In this document: one piece after another, positions 41,288 to 58,322 of the stretch
How positions within the stretch are numbered: the stretch's first letter is position 1
Layout of the letters: each line of letters opens with the position of its first letter
Assembly: GCF_041248615.1 (NCBI RefSeq)
Contig: NZ_CP158426.1
DNA from: Escherichia coli
GTDB lineage: Bacteria; Pseudomonadota; Gammaproteobacteria; Enterobacterales; Enterobacteriaceae
DNA: 64,000 nucleotides
Strand: one strand, 5' to 3'
The notes under the pieces: model-generated
Seen by the model: only the letters and a program-made list of their open reading frames with translations
Database searches by the model: none
Told to the model about the DNA's origin: nothing
Made by a program: the position numbers and the translations under genes

Positions 41288-43531
41288 ATGAAACTGAATG
41301 CAACTTATATAAAAATACGTGATAAATGGTGGGGGCTTCCGCTGTTCCTGCCTTCTTTAATCTTGCCCATTTTCGCCCACATTAATACTTTCGCGCATAT
41401 TTCTTCCGGTGAGGTTTTTCTCTTTTATCTGCCTCTGGCTCTGATGATCAGCATGATGATGTTTTTCAGCTGGGCGGCATTGCCAGGGATCGCCTTAGGG
41501 ATTTTTGTCCGCAAATATGCAGAGCTGGGTTTTTACGAAACGCTCTCATTAACGGCTAATTTTATTATCATTATCATTCTCTGTTGGGGCGGTTACAGGG
41601 TCTTTACTCCCCGGCGTAACAACGTTTCACATGGTGATACCCGTTTAATTTCCCAGCGTATATTCTGGCAGATTGTGTTTCCTGCAACGCTGTTTCTGAT
41701 ACTTTTCCAGTTTGCTGCGTTTGTAGGATTACTGGCGAGCAGAGAAAATCTGGTCGGCGTCATGCCTTTTAACCTCGGGACCTTAATCAATTATCAGGCC
41801 TTACTGGTGGGCAATCTGATTGGTGTCCCGCTGTGCTACTTCATCATTCGTGCAGTGCGAAATCCGTTTTATTTACGTAGTTATTATTCGCAATTAAAAC
41901 AGCAGGTTGATGTAAAAGTCACCAAAAAAGAGTTCGCACTCTGGCTACTGGCATTAGGTGCTTTACTGCTGCTGTTATGCATGCCGTTAAATGAAAAAAG
42001 CACAATTTTTAGCACCAACTATACCTTGTCATTATTGCTGCCCCTGATGATGTGGGGAGCGATGCGCTATGGTTATAAGCTAATTTCGCTGCTCTGGGCG
42101 GTCGTGTTGATGATCAGCATCCACAGCTATCAAAATTACATTCCCATTTATCCTGGCTATACCACGCAGCTGACCATAACCTCCTCCAGTTATCTGGTAT
42201 TCTCTTTTATTGTCAATTATATGGCTGTACTGGCAACCCGTCAGAGAGCGGTAGCCAGACGCATTCAGCGGCTTGCGTATGTGGACCCGGTGGTTCATCT
42301 GCCAAATGTTCGCGCCCTGAATCGCGCGTTGCGTGATGCCCCCTGGTCTGCGCTTTGTTATTTACGCATCCCCGGCATGGAAATGCTGGTTAAGAACTAT
42401 GGCATCATGCTACGGATTCAATACAAGCAAAAACTTTCTCACTGGCTGTCACCATTGCTGGAACCGGGTGAAGATGTTTATCAGCTATCGGGTAACGATC
42501 TCGCGCTGCGACTGAATACAGAATCGCACCAGGAGCGCATTACCGCACTGGATAGCCATCTCAAGCAATTTCGTTTCTTTTGGGATGGAATGCCGATGCA
42601 ACCGCAGATTGGCGTCAGTTACTGCTATGTGCGCTCGCCAGTGAATCATATCTACTTACTGCTGGGAGAGCTAAATACGGTCGCCGAACTTTCCATCGTG
42701 ACCAACGCCCCAGAAAATATGCAGCGTCGCGGGGCAATGTATTTGCAACGCGAATTGAAAGATAAAGTCGCGATGATGAATCGACTACAGCAGGCGCTGG
42801 AACACAACCATTTTTTCCTGATGGCCCAGCCGATTACCGGTATGCGTGGCGATGTCTACCATGAAATTCTTCTGCGCATGAAAGGTGAGAATGATGAACT
42901 GATCAGCCCCGACAGCTTCTTGCCGGTCGCGCACGAATTTGGTTTATCGTCGAGTATCGACATGTGGGTCATTGAGCATGCGCTGCAATTTATGGCTGAA
43001 AACAGAGCGAAGATGCCCGCTCACCGTTTTGCCATTAATCTGTCGCCAACCTCGGTATGTCAGGCTCGTTTTCCCGTTGAAGTCAGTCAGCTGCTGGCTA
43101 AATATCAAATTGAAGCGTGGCAACTTATTTTTGAAGTCACCGAAAGTAATGCTCTGACAAATGTTAAGCAGGCGCAAATCACCTTGCAGCATCTTCAGGA
43201 ATTAGGCTGCCAGATTGCGATTGATGATTTCGGCACCGGCTACGCCAGCTATGCGCGGCTTAAAAATGTGAATGCCGATCTGCTTAAAATTGACGGCAGT
43301 TTTATCCGCAATATTGTGTCAAATAGTCTGGATTATCAGATAGTGGCGTCGATTTGCCACCTGGCGCGAATGAAGAAAATGCGGGTAGTGGCAGAGTACG
43401 TTGAAAACGAAGAGATCCGCGAGGCGGTGCTCTCTTTGGGGATCGATTATATGCAGGGTTATCTTATTGGTAAGCCGCAACCGTTAATTGATACGCTGAA
43501 TGAAATCGAACCCATTCGCGAAAGTGCCTGA
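41288..43531 (+). CDS. pdeF: c-di-GMP phosphodiesterase PdeF (MASE1-GGDEF-EAL)
   Basis: 747 aa, N-terminal multi-TM sensor domain, C-terminal EAL domain; synteny with ppx/ppk. Confidence 0.9.
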   Translation: MKLNATYIKIRDKWWGLPLFLPSLILPIFAHINTFAHISSGEVFLFYLPLALMISMMMFFSWAALPGIALGIFVRKYAELGFYETLSLTANFIIIIILCWGGYRVFTPRRNNVSHGDTRLISQRIFWQIVFPATLFLILFQFAAFVGLLASRENLVGVMPFNLGTLINYQALLVGNLIGVPLCYFIIRAVRNPFYLRSYYSQLKQQVDVKVTKKEFALWLLALGALLLLLCMPLNEKSTIFSTNYTLSLLLPLMMWGAMRYGYKLISLLWAVVLMISIHSYQNYIPIYPGYTTQLTITSSSYLVFSFIVNYMAVLATRQRAVARRIQRLAYVDPVVHLPNVRALNRALRDAPWSALCYLRIPGMEMLVKNYGIMLRIQYKQKLSHWLSPLLEPGEDVYQLSGNDLALRLNTESHQERITALDSHLKQFRFFWDGMPMQPQIGVSYCYVRSPVNHIYLLLGELNTVAELSIVTNAPENMQRRGAMYLQRELKDKVAMMNRLQQALEHNHFFLMAQPITGMRGDVYHEILLRMKGENDELISPDSFLPVAHEFGLSSSIDMWVIEHALQFMAENRAKMPAHRFAINLSPTSVCQARFPVEVSQLLAKYQIEAWQLIFEVTESNALTNVKQAQITLQHLQELGCQIAIDDFGTGYASYARLKNVNADLLKIDGSFIRNIVSNSLDYQIVASICHLARMKKMRVVAEYVENEEIREAVLSLGIDYMQGYLIGKPQPLIDTLNEIEPIRESA

Positions 43532-43535
43532 ATAA

Positions 43536-43564
43536 TGCGGGCCGACATTTCTTGTCGGCCCGCA
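43536..43564. terminator. Bidirectional terminator between pdeF and ppx
   Basis: Stem TGCGGGCCGACA/TGTCGGCCCGCA. Confidence 0.7.
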
Positions 43565-43569
43565 AAGCA

Positions 43570-47182
<3,613 letters not shown>

Positions 47183-47311
47183 TACCACTTTTACTCCGTT
47201 TTATTCACGGGACACTGCCTGGATATTATGGCGAGCAATATTGGCAGATGTCCAACTATGCCAGAAAAGGGGGAAAAAAACTGCTGGAGCTTGCGATTTA
47301 CAGGTGAATTG

Positions 47312-47340
47312 AAAAACGCCAGCGGCAGAGCTGGCGCTTT
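47312..47340 (-). terminator. Terminator of purMN operon
   Basis: Stem CGCCAGC/GCTGGCG followed by T-run on minus strand. Confidence 0.65.
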
Positions 47341-47353
47341 AACTACGGGGGCA

Positions 47354-47991
47354 TTACTCGTCGGCAGCGTAGCCCTGCGGCGGCAGACGTTGACCATCCA
47401 GCCACGCGGCGTTTTCGTGCATTTTCAGACGACCATCGGCAAACCAGCTAATCACCAGTGGATAAATAGCGTGTTCCTGGGTTTGCACGCGGGCGGTGAT
47501 GTCATCCTCCGTATCACCAGCAAATACCGGGACTTTCGCCTGTAAAATAACCGGGCCACCGTCCAGTTCATCGGTGACGAAATGCACCGATGTACCGTGC
47601 TCTTCATCGCCATTTTCCAGCGCCTGACGATGGGTGTGTAATCCGGGATATTTCGGCAGCAGAGAAGGGTGAATGTTCAGCAAACGCCCGGCATAGTGGG
47701 AGACAAACGCCGGGCTGAGAATGCGCATAAAACCAGCCAGCACGACCACATCGGGTGCGTACATGTCGATTTCATGAATCAACTCCCGGTCATAGGCTTC
47801 ACGACTGTCAAACGCGCTGGCGATGAGCGTATGCGTTGCAATACCCGCCTGGCGGGCGCGTTCAAGGCCGAACGCGTCGGCCTTATTGCTGAAAACTGCC
47901 CGTACGGTGCCTTTAATTTTATTGGTTTTGCAGGCGTCAATAATTGCCTGCAAATTACTTCCGTTGCCGGAAATAAGCACCACAATATTCA

Positions 47992-47992
<1 letters not shown>
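47354..47992 (-). CDS. purN: Phosphoribosylglycinamide formyltransferase
   Basis: 212 aa, matches PurN. Confidence 0.95.
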
Positions 47993-49047
<1,055 letters not shown>

Positions 49048-49092
49048 TTACTTGCGGTAGAAAAATAAAATTCGGCGCAATTCTAACAGGGA

Positions 49093-49108
49093 AAGCAAAC
49101 GTTTGCGA
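49093..49108. promoter_or_regulatory. PurR operator (pur box) upstream of purMN
   Basis: AAGCAAACGTTTGCGA matches pur box consensus ACGCAAACGTTTGCGT. Confidence 0.8.
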
Positions 49109-49353
49109 GACTGCTTTACACAACCTTTTTGCACGTCTTTTCCCCAGGCGCGCGGCAAAACAATACTTGTACCAGGGCAAAGGATCGTTTTCGGATGGAA
49201 TAATCTTCTTCCATAACCATTTGAATACAAAATAACTTTATCTCAAACCGTTATCATTTTGACTAAAGTCAACGAAAATAATATTGCCGGCTTGAAGAAA
49301 GGAGGTATAATCCGTCGATTTTTTTTGTGGCTGCCCCTCAAAGGAGAAAGAGT

Positions 49354-49980
49354 ATGAAGATCGTGGAAGTCAAACACCCACTCGTCAAACACAAGCTGGG
49401 ACTGATGCGTGAGCAAGATATCAGCACCAAGCGCTTTCGCGAACTCGCTTCCGAAGTGGGTAGCCTGCTGACTTACGAAGCGACCGCCGACCTCGAAACG
49501 GAAAAAGTAACTATCGAAGGCTGGAACGGCCCGGTAGAAATCGACCAGATCAAAGGTAAGAAAATTACCGTTGTGCCAATTCTGCGTGCGGGTCTTGGGA
49601 TGATGGACGGTGTGCTGGAAAACGTTCCGAGCGCGCGCATCAGCGTTGTCGGTATGTACCGTAATGAAGAAACGCTGGAGCCGGTACCGTACTTCCAGAA
49701 ACTGGTTTCTAACATCGATGAGCGTATGGCGCTGATCGTTGACCCAATGCTGGCAACCGGTGGTTCCGTTATCGCGACCATCGACCTGCTGAAAAAAGCG
49801 GGCTGCAGCAGCATCAAAGTTCTGGTGCTGGTCGCTGCGCCAGAAGGTATCGCAGCGCTGGAAAAAGCGCACCCGGACGTCGAACTGTATACTGCATCGA
49901 TTGACCAGGGACTGAACGAGCACGGATACATTATTCCGGGCCTCGGCGATGCCGGTGACAAAATCTTTGGTACGAAATAA
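49354..49980 (+). CDS. upp: Uracil phosphoribosyltransferase
   Basis: 208 aa from ATG 49354 with AAGGAG SD. Confidence 0.95.
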
Positions 49981-49996
49981 AGAATAAAAATAATTA

Positions 49997-50025
49997 AAGC
50001 CGACTTTAAGAGTCGGCTTTTTTTT
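49997..50025 (+). terminator. Rho-independent terminator after upp
   Basis: Stem AAGCCGACT/AGTCGGCTT, loop TTAAG, T8 run. Confidence 0.8.
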
Positions 50026-50065
50026 GAGTAAAGCGCCTATAACACATAATACAGAGGATAATACT

Positions 50066-51355
50066 ATGACGCGCCGTGCTATCGGGGTGAGTGAAAGACC
50101 GCCACTTTTACAGACAATCCCGCTTAGTTTGCAACATTTGTTCGCCATGTTTGGTGCAACCGTCCTGGTGCCCGTCTTATTTCATATTAACCCGGCGACT
50201 GTACTGTTATTTAACGGTATAGGAACACTGCTGTATCTCTTCATCTGTAAAGGGAAAATTCCGGCTTATCTTGGTTCCAGCTTTGCCTTTATTTCACCGG
50301 TATTGTTACTGTTGCCGTTGGGGTATGAAGTCGCGCTGGGCGGCTTTATTATGTGCGGCGTGCTGTTCTGCCTGGTTTCTTTTATCGTGAAGAAAGCGGG
50401 GACCGGCTGGCTGGACGTGCTGTTTCCACCTGCGGCAATGGGCGCAATCGTTGCCGTCATCGGTCTGGAGCTGGCGGGCGTAGCTGCCGGTATGGCAGGT
50501 TTACTCCCGGCTGAAGGGCAAACTCCAGACTCCAAAACCATCATCATCTCCATTACCACGCTGGCGGTTACGGTTTTAGGTTCCGTGCTGTTTCGTGGTT
50601 TCCTGGCAATTATCCCGATTTTAATTGGCGTGCTGGTGGGCTACGCGCTCTCTTTCGCAATGGGAATTGTCGATACCACGCCGATTATTAATGCTCACTG
50701 GTTTGCGCTGCCAACTCTCTATACGCCGCGCTTCGAGTGGTTTGCCATTCTGACTATTCTGCCAGCGGCGTTAGTGGTTATTGCCGAACACGTAGGGCAC
50801 CTGGTGGTAACGGCTAATATCGTCAAAAAAGATCTGCTGCGCGATCCAGGTCTGCACCGTTCGATGTTTGCTAACGGCTTGTCGACCGTGATCTCCGGCT
50901 TCTTTGGCTCCACGCCAAATACCACCTACGGGGAAAACATTGGCGTGATGGCGATCACCCGTGTTTACAGTACCTGGGTTATCGGCGGGGCAGCGATTTT
51001 CGCTATCCTGCTTTCCTGCGTCGGTAAACTGGCTGCTGCTATCCAGATGATCCCATTGCCGGTGATGGGCGGCGTTTCGCTGCTGCTTTATGGTGTCATC
51101 GGTGCTTCCGGTATTCGTGTTTTGATCGAATCGAAAGTGGATTACAACAAAGCACAGAACCTGATCCTGACTTCCGTGATTTTGATCATCGGTGTCAGTG
51201 GCGCGAAGGTAAACATCGGCGCGGCGGAGCTGAAAGGTATGGCGCTGGCGACCATCGTCGGTATCGGCTTAAGTTTGATCTTCAAACTGATTAGTGTGCT
51301 GCGCCCTGAAGAAGTGGTGCTGGACGCAGAAGACGCGGATATAACAGACAAATAA
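50066..51355 (+). CDS. uraA: Uracil:proton symporter
   Basis: 429 aa from ATG 50066; NCS2-family transporter. Confidence 0.95.
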   Translation: MTRRAIGVSERPPLLQTIPLSLQHLFAMFGATVLVPVLFHINPATVLLFNGIGTLLYLFICKGKIPAYLGSSFAFISPVLLLLPLGYEVALGGFIMCGVLFCLVSFIVKKAGTGWLDVLFPPAAMGAIVAVIGLELAGVAAGMAGLLPAEGQTPDSKTIIISITTLAVTVLGSVLFRGFLAIIPILIGVLVGYALSFAMGIVDTTPIINAHWFALPTLYTPRFEWFAILTILPAALVVIAEHVGHLVVTANIVKKDLLRDPGLHRSMFANGLSTVISGFFGSTPNTTYGENIGVMAITRVYSTWVIGGAAIFAILLSCVGKLAAAIQMIPLPVMGGVSLLLYGVIGASGIRVLIESKVDYNKAQNLILTSVILIIGVSGAKVNIGAAELKGMALATIVGIGLSLIFKLISVLRPEEVVLDAEDADITDK

Positions 51356-51449
51356 TGTACCGACCGGGCAGTGTTGCTGCCCGGTTCAAACATCATGGGA
51401 TTCTGTGGTAAACTTCTCGCGATTTTGTGAAATCCTGGTTGAGGTATCT

Positions 51450-52151
51450 CTGAACACACCGGCACAGCTCTCTTTGCCACTTTATCTTCCTGACGACGAA
51501 ACCTTTGCAAGTTTCTGGCCGGGGGATAACTCCTCTTTACTGGCCGCGCTGCAAAACGTGCTGCGTCAGGAACATAGCGGTTACATCTATCTCTGGGCAC
51601 GCGAAGGCGCGGGGCGCAGCCATCTGCTGCACGCGGCTTGCGCGGAATTGTCGCAGCGTGGCGATGCGGTGGGCTATGTCCCGCTGGATAAACGCACCTG
51701 GTTTGTTCCGGAAGTGCTCGACGGTATGGAGCATTTGTCGCTGGTCTGTATCGACAACATTGAGTGTATTGCAGGCGATGAGTTGTGGGAGATGGCGATT
51801 TTCGATCTCTACAATCGAATTCTGGAATCGGGCAAAACACGGTTGTTAATCACCGGCGATCGTCCACCGCGGCAGTTGAATCTGGGATTACCGGATCTCG
51901 CGTCGCGTCTCGACTGGGGGCAGATCTACAAATTGCAGCCACTTTCTGATGAAGATAAGTTGCAGGCGCTACAGTTACGCGCGCGTTTGCGTGGTTTTGA
52001 ACTGCCGGAAGATGTGGGGCGTTTCTTGTTGAAGCGGCTCGACAGAGAGATGCGCACGTTATTTATGACGTTGGATCAGTTGGATCGTGCGTCGATTACC
52101 GCGCAACGTAAGCTGACCATTCCGTTTGTGAAAGAAATTCTGAAACTGTAG
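51450..52151 (+). CDS. hda: DnaA regulatory inactivator Hda
   Basis: AAA+ DnaA-like; start taken at CTG 51450 by analogy with K-12 annotation (uncertain), stop 52151. Confidence 0.85.
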
Positions 52152-52165
52152 ACAAGACGTTTATT

Positions 52166-52228
52166 GTCGGATGCGCACCCATAGTATTCGTCGGCCGGAT
52201 AAGACGCGGCAAGCGTCGCATCCGGCAA
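52166..52228. repeat. REP (repetitive extragenic palindromic) element(s)
   Basis: CGGCCGGATAAGACGCGGCAAGCGTCGCATCCGGCA, typical REP consensus. Confidence 0.75.
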
Positions 52229-52256
52229 TGTGCTTCAACTAGCGATGGAGCACTTC

Positions 52257-52616
52257 TTAACCCACGATTTCCAGCACCTGCTCCGGTGGACGACCAATTC
52301 GCGCTTTGCCATTCGCGACCACAATCGGGCGCTCCATTAGCTTCGGATTATCCACCATTGCCTGAATCAGCGCCTCTTCGCTAAGCGAACTGTCAGCCAG
52401 GTTCAGTTCTTTATAAAGATCCTCTTTCTGGCGCATCAATTCACGAGCGCTATTCATCCCCAGCATTTTCAGCAAATCACGCAGCGTTGCCGCATCGGCG
52501 GGTGTCTCAAGGTAGAGCACCACTTCTGGCTCCACGCCGTTTTCTTTCAGCAGGTTTAGCGTTTCCCGGCTCTTTGAACAGCGTGGGTTATGGTAGATTT
52601 TTACCTGTTTGGTCAT
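52257..52616 (-). CDS. yfgD: ArsC-family reductase YfgD
   Basis: 119 aa, N-terminal CxxS/C motif region (NPRCSKS). Confidence 0.85.
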   Translation of the reverse strand: MTKQVKIYHNPRCSKSRETLNLLKENGVEPEVVLYLETPADAATLRDLLKMLGMNSARELMRQKEDLYKELNLADSSLSEEALIQAMVDNPKLMERPIVVANGKARIGRPPEQVLEIVG

Positions 52617-52636
52617 TGTTCTTCCTTTAATGCGAA

Positions 52637-54100
52637 TTACATCTTGGTATAAGGCTTAAAGCGTTCCTGCAGCTGGCGCAACTGGTCGATGCGCGCATCG
52701 TAACGCGCTTGTTGCAGGCTGCCTAATTTCACCTGAGAACTGGCGCTACTCAACAAGGAAATGGCCTGATCGAGTCGCCCGGCGAGCGCATAACCTTCTG
52801 CTCGCGCAGCCAGTTCCTGATCGCGGTTATTTAGCGCGGCTTCCGCCTGTGCCAGTAAATCCCAGCCGTTGCTGTCATCTTTATTGTTAAAAGTGTAGCG
52901 ATTCAGAATATTGGCCGCTTCTTGTGGTTGACCGCCTTGCAGATAAGCGTTCGCCAGGTTGAGCTGCAACACTGGATTGGTGCGCAAATCGCGGGCATTT
53001 TTCAGGCGATTGATAGCGTCATTGGCTTTGTTTTGCCCAAGATCGATATCGGTAGCCAGATCGAGATACCATGCGTTGCCAGGTTCTGCCGCCAGTAACG
53101 GTTGCAGCGTTTTACGCGCTTCGTCGTATTTATTGGCTTCCATCGCCTGTAAAGCACGACCATATTGCGCCGCTCGTTGCTGACGAACGTTTCCTTTCGC
53201 CCATTCATCCAGCAAATCACTGGTGAGCTGGTTACGTCCGGAATTATACATCCCCAGTGTGCGCGCTTTCGCCAGATAGAAATCTTCCGACGACTGCACC
53301 ACCATCGGACGCATCTGATTAGCACGGTTGCGGGCATCTGCCAGACGACTTTCCGGCAACGGGTGAGTCAATAAAATTTCCGGCGGACGCGAGGAGTAAC
53401 GCGCCTGATCGAGCAATTTTTCGAGGAAGGTCGGCATCGCCTGCGGATCGAATCCCGAGCGTTGCAGCACCTGAATACCAATGCGGTCCGCTTCCTGTTC
53501 ATTTTGCTGGGTGAAACTGATCATCCCCTGGCGCGTTCCCGCCAGTGTACCGGTCAGCGCAGCCATCCCCGCCTGCGGACTGGCCATCGCCAGTAAAATA
53601 GAACCTAATGCGCCGACCCAGGTCAGCGGCGCGCTGCGCTGCTGATCTTCCATCGCTCGCGCCAGGTGACGTTGGGTGACGTGGGAGATTTCGTGCGCCA
53701 TAACTGAAGCCAGTTGACTTTCGTTATCGGAATAACGGAACAGGGCAGAGTGCAGCACCACGTTGCCGCCAAAGAAAGCAAAGGCGTTAATTTCGTCGTT
53801 GTTGATCAGAAAGAAATGAAACGGTGTCTTAACCGAATTGGCATGCGAAACCAGACGCATACCCAGCGAATTAATATATTGCGTTAACAGCGGGTCATTA
53901 ATTAACGGCGCGCTGCCGCGTAGCTGGCGGACATAATAGTCGCCCATCTGCATTTCCTGGCCAATGGAAAGCGTGCTTCCTGCGGAGGTTCCCATATCCG
54001 GCAAGGTGTCTGCGCTGTCGGCAAACGCCGGGGCTACCTGACCAATGGTCATAGCAGCAATGAGGGTTGCAACCAGGTTTTTTTTCAACTGCCTGAACAT
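52637..54100 (-). CDS. bepA: Beta-barrel assembly-enhancing protease BepA (M48 peptidase with TPR)
   Basis: 487 aa, signal peptide, HEISH zinc motif, C-terminal TPR repeats. Confidence 0.9.
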   Translation of the reverse strand: MFRQLKKNLVATLIAAMTIGQVAPAFADSADTLPDMGTSAGSTLSIGQEMQMGDYYVRQLRGSAPLINDPLLTQYINSLGMRLVSHANSVKTPFHFFLINNDEINAFAFFGGNVVLHSALFRYSDNESQLASVMAHEISHVTQRHLARAMEDQQRSAPLTWVGALGSILLAMASPQAGMAALTGTLAGTRQGMISFTQQNEQEADRIGIQVLQRSGFDPQAMPTFLEKLLDQARYSSRPPEILLTHPLPESRLADARNRANQMRPMVVQSSEDFYLAKARTLGMYNSGRNQLTSDLLDEWAKGNVRQQRAAQYGRALQAMEANKYDEARKTLQPLLAAEPGNAWYLDLATDIDLGQNKANDAINRLKNARDLRTNPVLQLNLANAYLQGGQPQEAANILNRYTFNNKDDSNGWDLLAQAEAALNNRDQELAARAEGYALAGRLDQAISLLSSASSQVKLGSLQQARYDARIDQLRQLQERFKPYTKM

Positions 54101-54312
54101 AACCTCTATCCTGTATTTCTGAAGATAGTCATTTGACCGATACTGTGAAATATCGTTCCCACCGCGCCGCCTTTGAGTGTAACGGCGAAGATTAGCCCAC
54201 TCAAATGACTTTTCAGTTTCCTGAATCCGTCATAAAAAGCGAAGTCTTTTTTGTGACATTTCGATACAATTGCGGATCGCAATCCCGCTCTTGAGGTTCA
54301 GGGAAGGTCTTT

Positions 54313-55374
54313 ATGCTCGAAATGTTGATGCAATGGTATCGCCGCCGTTTTAGCGACCCGGAAGCGATTGCCTTGCTGGTTATTTTAGTTGCCGGATTTG
54401 GCATTATCTTTTTCTTTAGTGGCCTGCTTGCTCCGTTGCTGGTGGCTATTGTGCTGGCCTATTTGCTGGAATGGCCAACCGTGCGCCTGCAATCTATTGG
54501 CTGCTCCCGCCGCTGGGCGACGTCGATTGTATTGGTGGTTTTCGTCGGTATATTGCTACTGATGGCGTTCGTGGTACTGCCTATCGCCTGGCAACAGGGC
54601 ATCTACTTAATCCGCGATATGCCGGGGATGCTCAATAAGCTTTCTGACTTTGCCGCCACGTTGCCGCGCCGCTATCCGGCGTTGATGGATGCGGGCATTA
54701 TTGATGCAATGGCCGAAAATATGCGCAGTCGGATGCTTACCATGGGCGATTCGGTGGTGAAAATTTCCCTCGCCTCGCTGGTCGGTTTGCTCACCATAGC
54801 TGTCTATCTGGTGCTGGTGCCATTGATGGTCTTCTTCCTGTTGAAAGACAAAGAGCAGATGCTGAACGCCGTTCGTCGGGTGCTACCGCGTAACCGCGGA
54901 CTGGCAGGACAGGTGTGGAAGGAGATGAATCAACAAATCACCAACTATATCCGCGGCAAAGTGCTGGAGATGATCGTGGTGGGGATTGCCACCTGGCTGG
55001 GATTCTTACTCTTCGGGCTGAACTATTCGCTGCTGCTGGCGGTGCTGGTCGGCTTCTCGGTACTTATTCCGTACATTGGTGCATTTGTGGTGACCATTCC
55101 GGTGGTTGGCGTGGCGCTATTCCAGTTTGGTGCTGGCACGGAATTCTGGAGCTGCTTCGCGGTGTATCTGATTATTCAGGCGCTGGACGGTAACCTGTTA
55201 GTACCTGTGTTGTTCTCCGAAGCGGTTAACCTGCATCCGCTGGTCATTATTTTATCAGTAGTGATCTTCGGTGGTTTGTGGGGATTCTGGGGCGTATTCT
55301 TCGCCATTCCATTGGCGACGCTGATCAAAGCCGTGATTCACGCCTGGCCCGATGGGCAAATCGCGCAAGAATAA
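54313..55374 (+). CDS. perM: AI-2E family permease PerM
   Basis: 353 aa polytopic membrane protein. Confidence 0.85.
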   Translation: MLEMLMQWYRRRFSDPEAIALLVILVAGFGIIFFFSGLLAPLLVAIVLAYLLEWPTVRLQSIGCSRRWATSIVLVVFVGILLLMAFVVLPIAWQQGIYLIRDMPGMLNKLSDFAATLPRRYPALMDAGIIDAMAENMRSRMLTMGDSVVKISLASLVGLLTIAVYLVLVPLMVFFLLKDKEQMLNAVRRVLPRNRGLAGQVWKEMNQQITNYIRGKVLEMIVVGIATWLGFLLFGLNYSLLLAVLVGFSVLIPYIGAFVVTIPVVGVALFQFGAGTEFWSCFAVYLIIQALDGNLLVPVLFSEAVNLHPLVIILSVVIFGGLWGFWGVFFAIPLATLIKAVIHAWPDGQIAQE

Positions 55375-55410
55375 TCTTCAGCCCGACGAACTGTTTCGCC
55401 GGGCTGATTT

Positions 55411-56259
55411 TTAGGGTTCCTGACGTAAATAAATAGCCCGATAACAAATACTCACCAGCACTGCACCGCCGATAATATTACCCAGCATCACCGGGAGCAG
55501 ATTGGCGGTAATAAAATGGCTGACCGTCAGTGCCGGAAAATTGTCTGCGCTACTGTGCGCCAGTTGCCAGAAGGGGGGAGGGGCGAAATGGCGAATGGCA
55601 ATGGCGAACGGAATCACAAACAAATTGGCGATACAGTGCTCAAAGCCACTGGCGACAAACAGGGTGATGGGCAAAATCATGGCGACGATTTTGTCGCATA
55701 ATGAACGCCCGCAATAACTCATCCACAGCGCCAGGCAAACCATCAGATTGCACATAATGCCGAGGCTGACAGATTCAGTAAATGTATGATGCATTTTGCC
55801 CTCGGCGCATTGTAAAACCGCGACTCCCCACATCGCGTTTTCACTCATCACCAGCCCGGAAAACCAGATTAACAAACTGAAACAGGCAATACCTGCCAGA
55901 TTACCGCAGGCCACCAGAAGTGCATTAATCAGCCATGTTCGCCAGCTAATAACGCCCCGACTTTTTGCCATCACCGTCATTACCGACGAGGTGAACAGGC
56001 TGGTGCCGCAAACCGCCAGCAAAATAAAGCCGAGTGTAAAGCAAAGGCCACCCACCAGATGGGTTAATGCCTGTGAAGACGGGGCATCGGCGATAACGGA
56101 AAGGTAAAAAGTAAATCCGATCGCCATAAACACGCCAGCGGACATCGCCATTAAAAAGACCGACACTTTGCTGCGGGCAATTTTATGGGCGGCAATCCGT
56201 TCAGCGATTGCCGCTTTTCTGGCGCTCAACTGCAAGTCGAAAGAGAGTTTGTTTCTCAT
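55411..56259 (-). CDS. focB: Formate channel FocB
   Basis: 282 aa FNT-family channel, adjacent to hyf operon. Confidence 0.85.
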   Translation of the reverse strand: MRNKLSFDLQLSARKAAIAERIAAHKIARSKVSVFLMAMSAGVFMAIGFTFYLSVIADAPSSQALTHLVGGLCFTLGFILLAVCGTSLFTSSVMTVMAKSRGVISWRTWLINALLVACGNLAGIACFSLLIWFSGLVMSENAMWGVAVLQCAEGKMHHTFTESVSLGIMCNLMVCLALWMSYCGRSLCDKIVAMILPITLFVASGFEHCIANLFVIPFAIAIRHFAPPPFWQLAHSSADNFPALTVSHFITANLLPVMLGNIIGGAVLVSICYRAIYLRQEP

Positions 56260-56280
56260 GAATACTCCTGCAAAAGCAGA

Positions 56281-58296
56281 TTACAACACCTCGCGAACCG
56301 AGATCCCCAGACGCTGCATTCGTGACAGCAGCGTGGTGCGCTTCATCCCTAATCGTGTCGCCGCGCCACGGGGCCCGGCAACAATGCCATTGGTTTCTCG
56401 CAATACCTGAACAATGCGCTGACGTTCTTCTTCGTCATTCTCTGGCGTCGTCGGGTGCAGCAACTGTGCCATTGAACTGCGAAGCGCTGAATCTTCATTT
56501 AGCGTCGGCAGTAAACGGCTTTGTCGGACATTAAGATGTAAATTCAGACTGTTACCGCGAGTCAGTAGTACCGCCCGCTCAATCACGTTTTCCAGCTCGC
56601 GCACGTTGCCCGGCCAGTCCCACGACATCAACTGGCGTAGCGCCTCGGTCGGGATGGCGTCAATTGCGCGATTCATATGGCGCGCCATTTTTTGCGTGAA
56701 ATGTTTTGCTAAAAGAGGGATATCTTCCGGACGGTCGCGTAGCGGGGGCAATTCCAGTGGGAAGACATTCAGGCGATAAAAGAGATCGCTGCGAAACTGG
56801 CGATCTTCAACCATTTGCCACAAATCACGGTTGGTGGCGGCAATGACTCTGACATTTACCGGGATCGTTCTACTCCCGCCGAGACGCTCAATCTCCCGTT
56901 CCTGCAATACGCGCAGCAGTTTAGGCTGAAGTTCTAACGGCAGATCGCCAATTTCATCGAGAAACAACGTGCCGCCATCGGCAATTTCAAAACGACCACG
57001 ATGGGTATTAATCGCACCAGTAAATGCCCCTTTGTCATGACCGAATAACTCACTTTCCAGAAGACTGGCGGGGATGGCAGCGCAGTTGATTTTGACCAGT
57101 GGCTTGTCGCGTCGTGGGCTAAGTTGATGGATCGCTCTGGCGATCACCTCTTTGCCGGTTCCGGTTTCACCACAAATCAACACCGTACTGTCGCTCTTCG
57201 CCACAATATCTACCTGCTGGAGCAAATCTTCCATTGCCTGGCTTTGATAGATAATGTCACCGACGCCCAGATTCGAAAGGAGCTGCTCGCTAAGCTGGTG
57301 GTTTTCTTGCTGCAAGCTTTCCTGCAAATCGGTCATGCTGCGCCAGGCATCGGCATTGCCAACGGCAATAGCGATGCGATCGGCAATATGTTGTAGTAGC
57401 TGGCAGTTTTCCTCACTAAAGAGAGTGGAAGAGGTATGCGCCAGCAACAATGCGCCCGGTGTATGGTTGCCAAAGGTGAGCGGTATAAGGAGCGCAGATT
57501 CGCAGCCGTTAGATGCAAGTAAGTGTAATAACGGGTCGCGTTGCCAGAGAAACAGATCGTCTGCACGGTGCGTCAAGGTCGGTTGTCGGGTTTGTAGCGT
57601 TTGTGTCAGCAATACACTTTCGCCAGGCATACAGCGTGGCAGACACGCACAATGTGAGGCAGAAAGATCGCTGCACCACAGGCTGAACTTCTCGTTCTTT
57701 CGATGATCGCCCAGTACCATACTGACTGAAGCCAGACCGAAAAAATGATGGATCTCACGAGCGACGTCAGCGATCAGATCGTCGAGATCAAGATGTGACA
57801 ACACTGCATTAGTGATATCCACCAGTACCCGATGATGATCGCGATCTTTCTCCAGCAAACGCAGCGCCACCTGCTGTTCTTCATCATTGAGCCATGATTG
57901 CAGAACCGGAGTGATTATGTGTGCCAGCCAGTTAAACAGTGTGCAATCCTGGGGAGTAAAACGACTGCCGTGGGTGCGAATAAAGCGTAGCTCCGCCATT
58001 CCACTACTGCCGAGAAGGACGGCGTGGCGCGAATAATCGACCATCTCACCCTGATACTCTGTTGTTGCCGTCACATCGCTGCCATCATCATGGTAGCGGT
58101 AATAGAAGTTGCTTTTGAGAACATGCAGTTCAATAAGTTGTACCGGGCTGAACGGCGGCGGCAGCGGGATGAAGGCGCGTAATAAAGACGCCTTGCCGTG
58201 TTTCTGCGCTAACCGCTCCGCGAGCATTCCGTTTACCGCTTCAATTGTTATTCCTTGCGGCGGGGCAAACATCGCCTCGTCTGACATAGCCATCAA
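56281..58296 (-). CDS. hyfR: Sigma54-dependent transcriptional activator HyfR
   Basis: GAF plus AAA+ sigma54 activator domain ([14 protein letters not shown]) and C-terminal HTH. Confidence 0.9.
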   Translation of the reverse strand: MMAMSDEAMFAPPQGITIEAVNGMLAERLAQKHGKASLLRAFIPLPPPFSPVQLIELHVLKSNFYYRYHDDGSDVTATTEYQGEMVDYSRHAVLLGSSGMAELRFIRTHGSRFTPQDCTLFNWLAHIITPVLQSWLNDEEQQVALRLLEKDRDHHRVLVDITNAVLSHLDLDDLIADVAREIHHFFGLASVSMVLGDHRKNEKFSLWCSDLSASHCACLPRCMPGESVLLTQTLQTRQPTLTHRADDLFLWQRDPLLHLLASNGCESALLIPLTFGNHTPGALLLAHTSSTLFSEENCQLLQHIADRIAIAVGNADAWRSMTDLQESLQQENHQLSEQLLSNLGVGDIIYQSQAMEDLLQQVDIVAKSDSTVLICGETGTGKEVIARAIHQLSPRRDKPLVKINCAAIPASLLESELFGHDKGAFTGAINTHRGRFEIADGGTLFLDEIGDLPLELQPKLLRVLQEREIERLGGSRTIPVNVRVIAATNRDLWQMVEDRQFRSDLFYRLNVFPLELPPLRDRPEDIPLLAKHFTQKMARHMNRAIDAIPTEALRQLMSWDWPGNVRELENVIERAVLLTRGNSLNLHLNVRQSRLLPTLNEDSALRSSMAQLLHPTTPENDEEERQRIVQVLRETNGIVAGPRGAATRLGMKRTTLLSRMQRLGISVREVL

Positions 58297-58322
58297 CAGT
58301 CCTTATTAATGAGAAATCCTTC

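Noticed and set aside
51364-51386. Hairpin after uraA as a terminator
   Set aside because: Good stem but no T-run; left unannotated
51142-51840. 232-aa minus-strand ORF overlapping uraA and hda
   Set aside because: Antisense to two conserved host genes; Arg/Pro-rich artefact of GC-rich antisense frame
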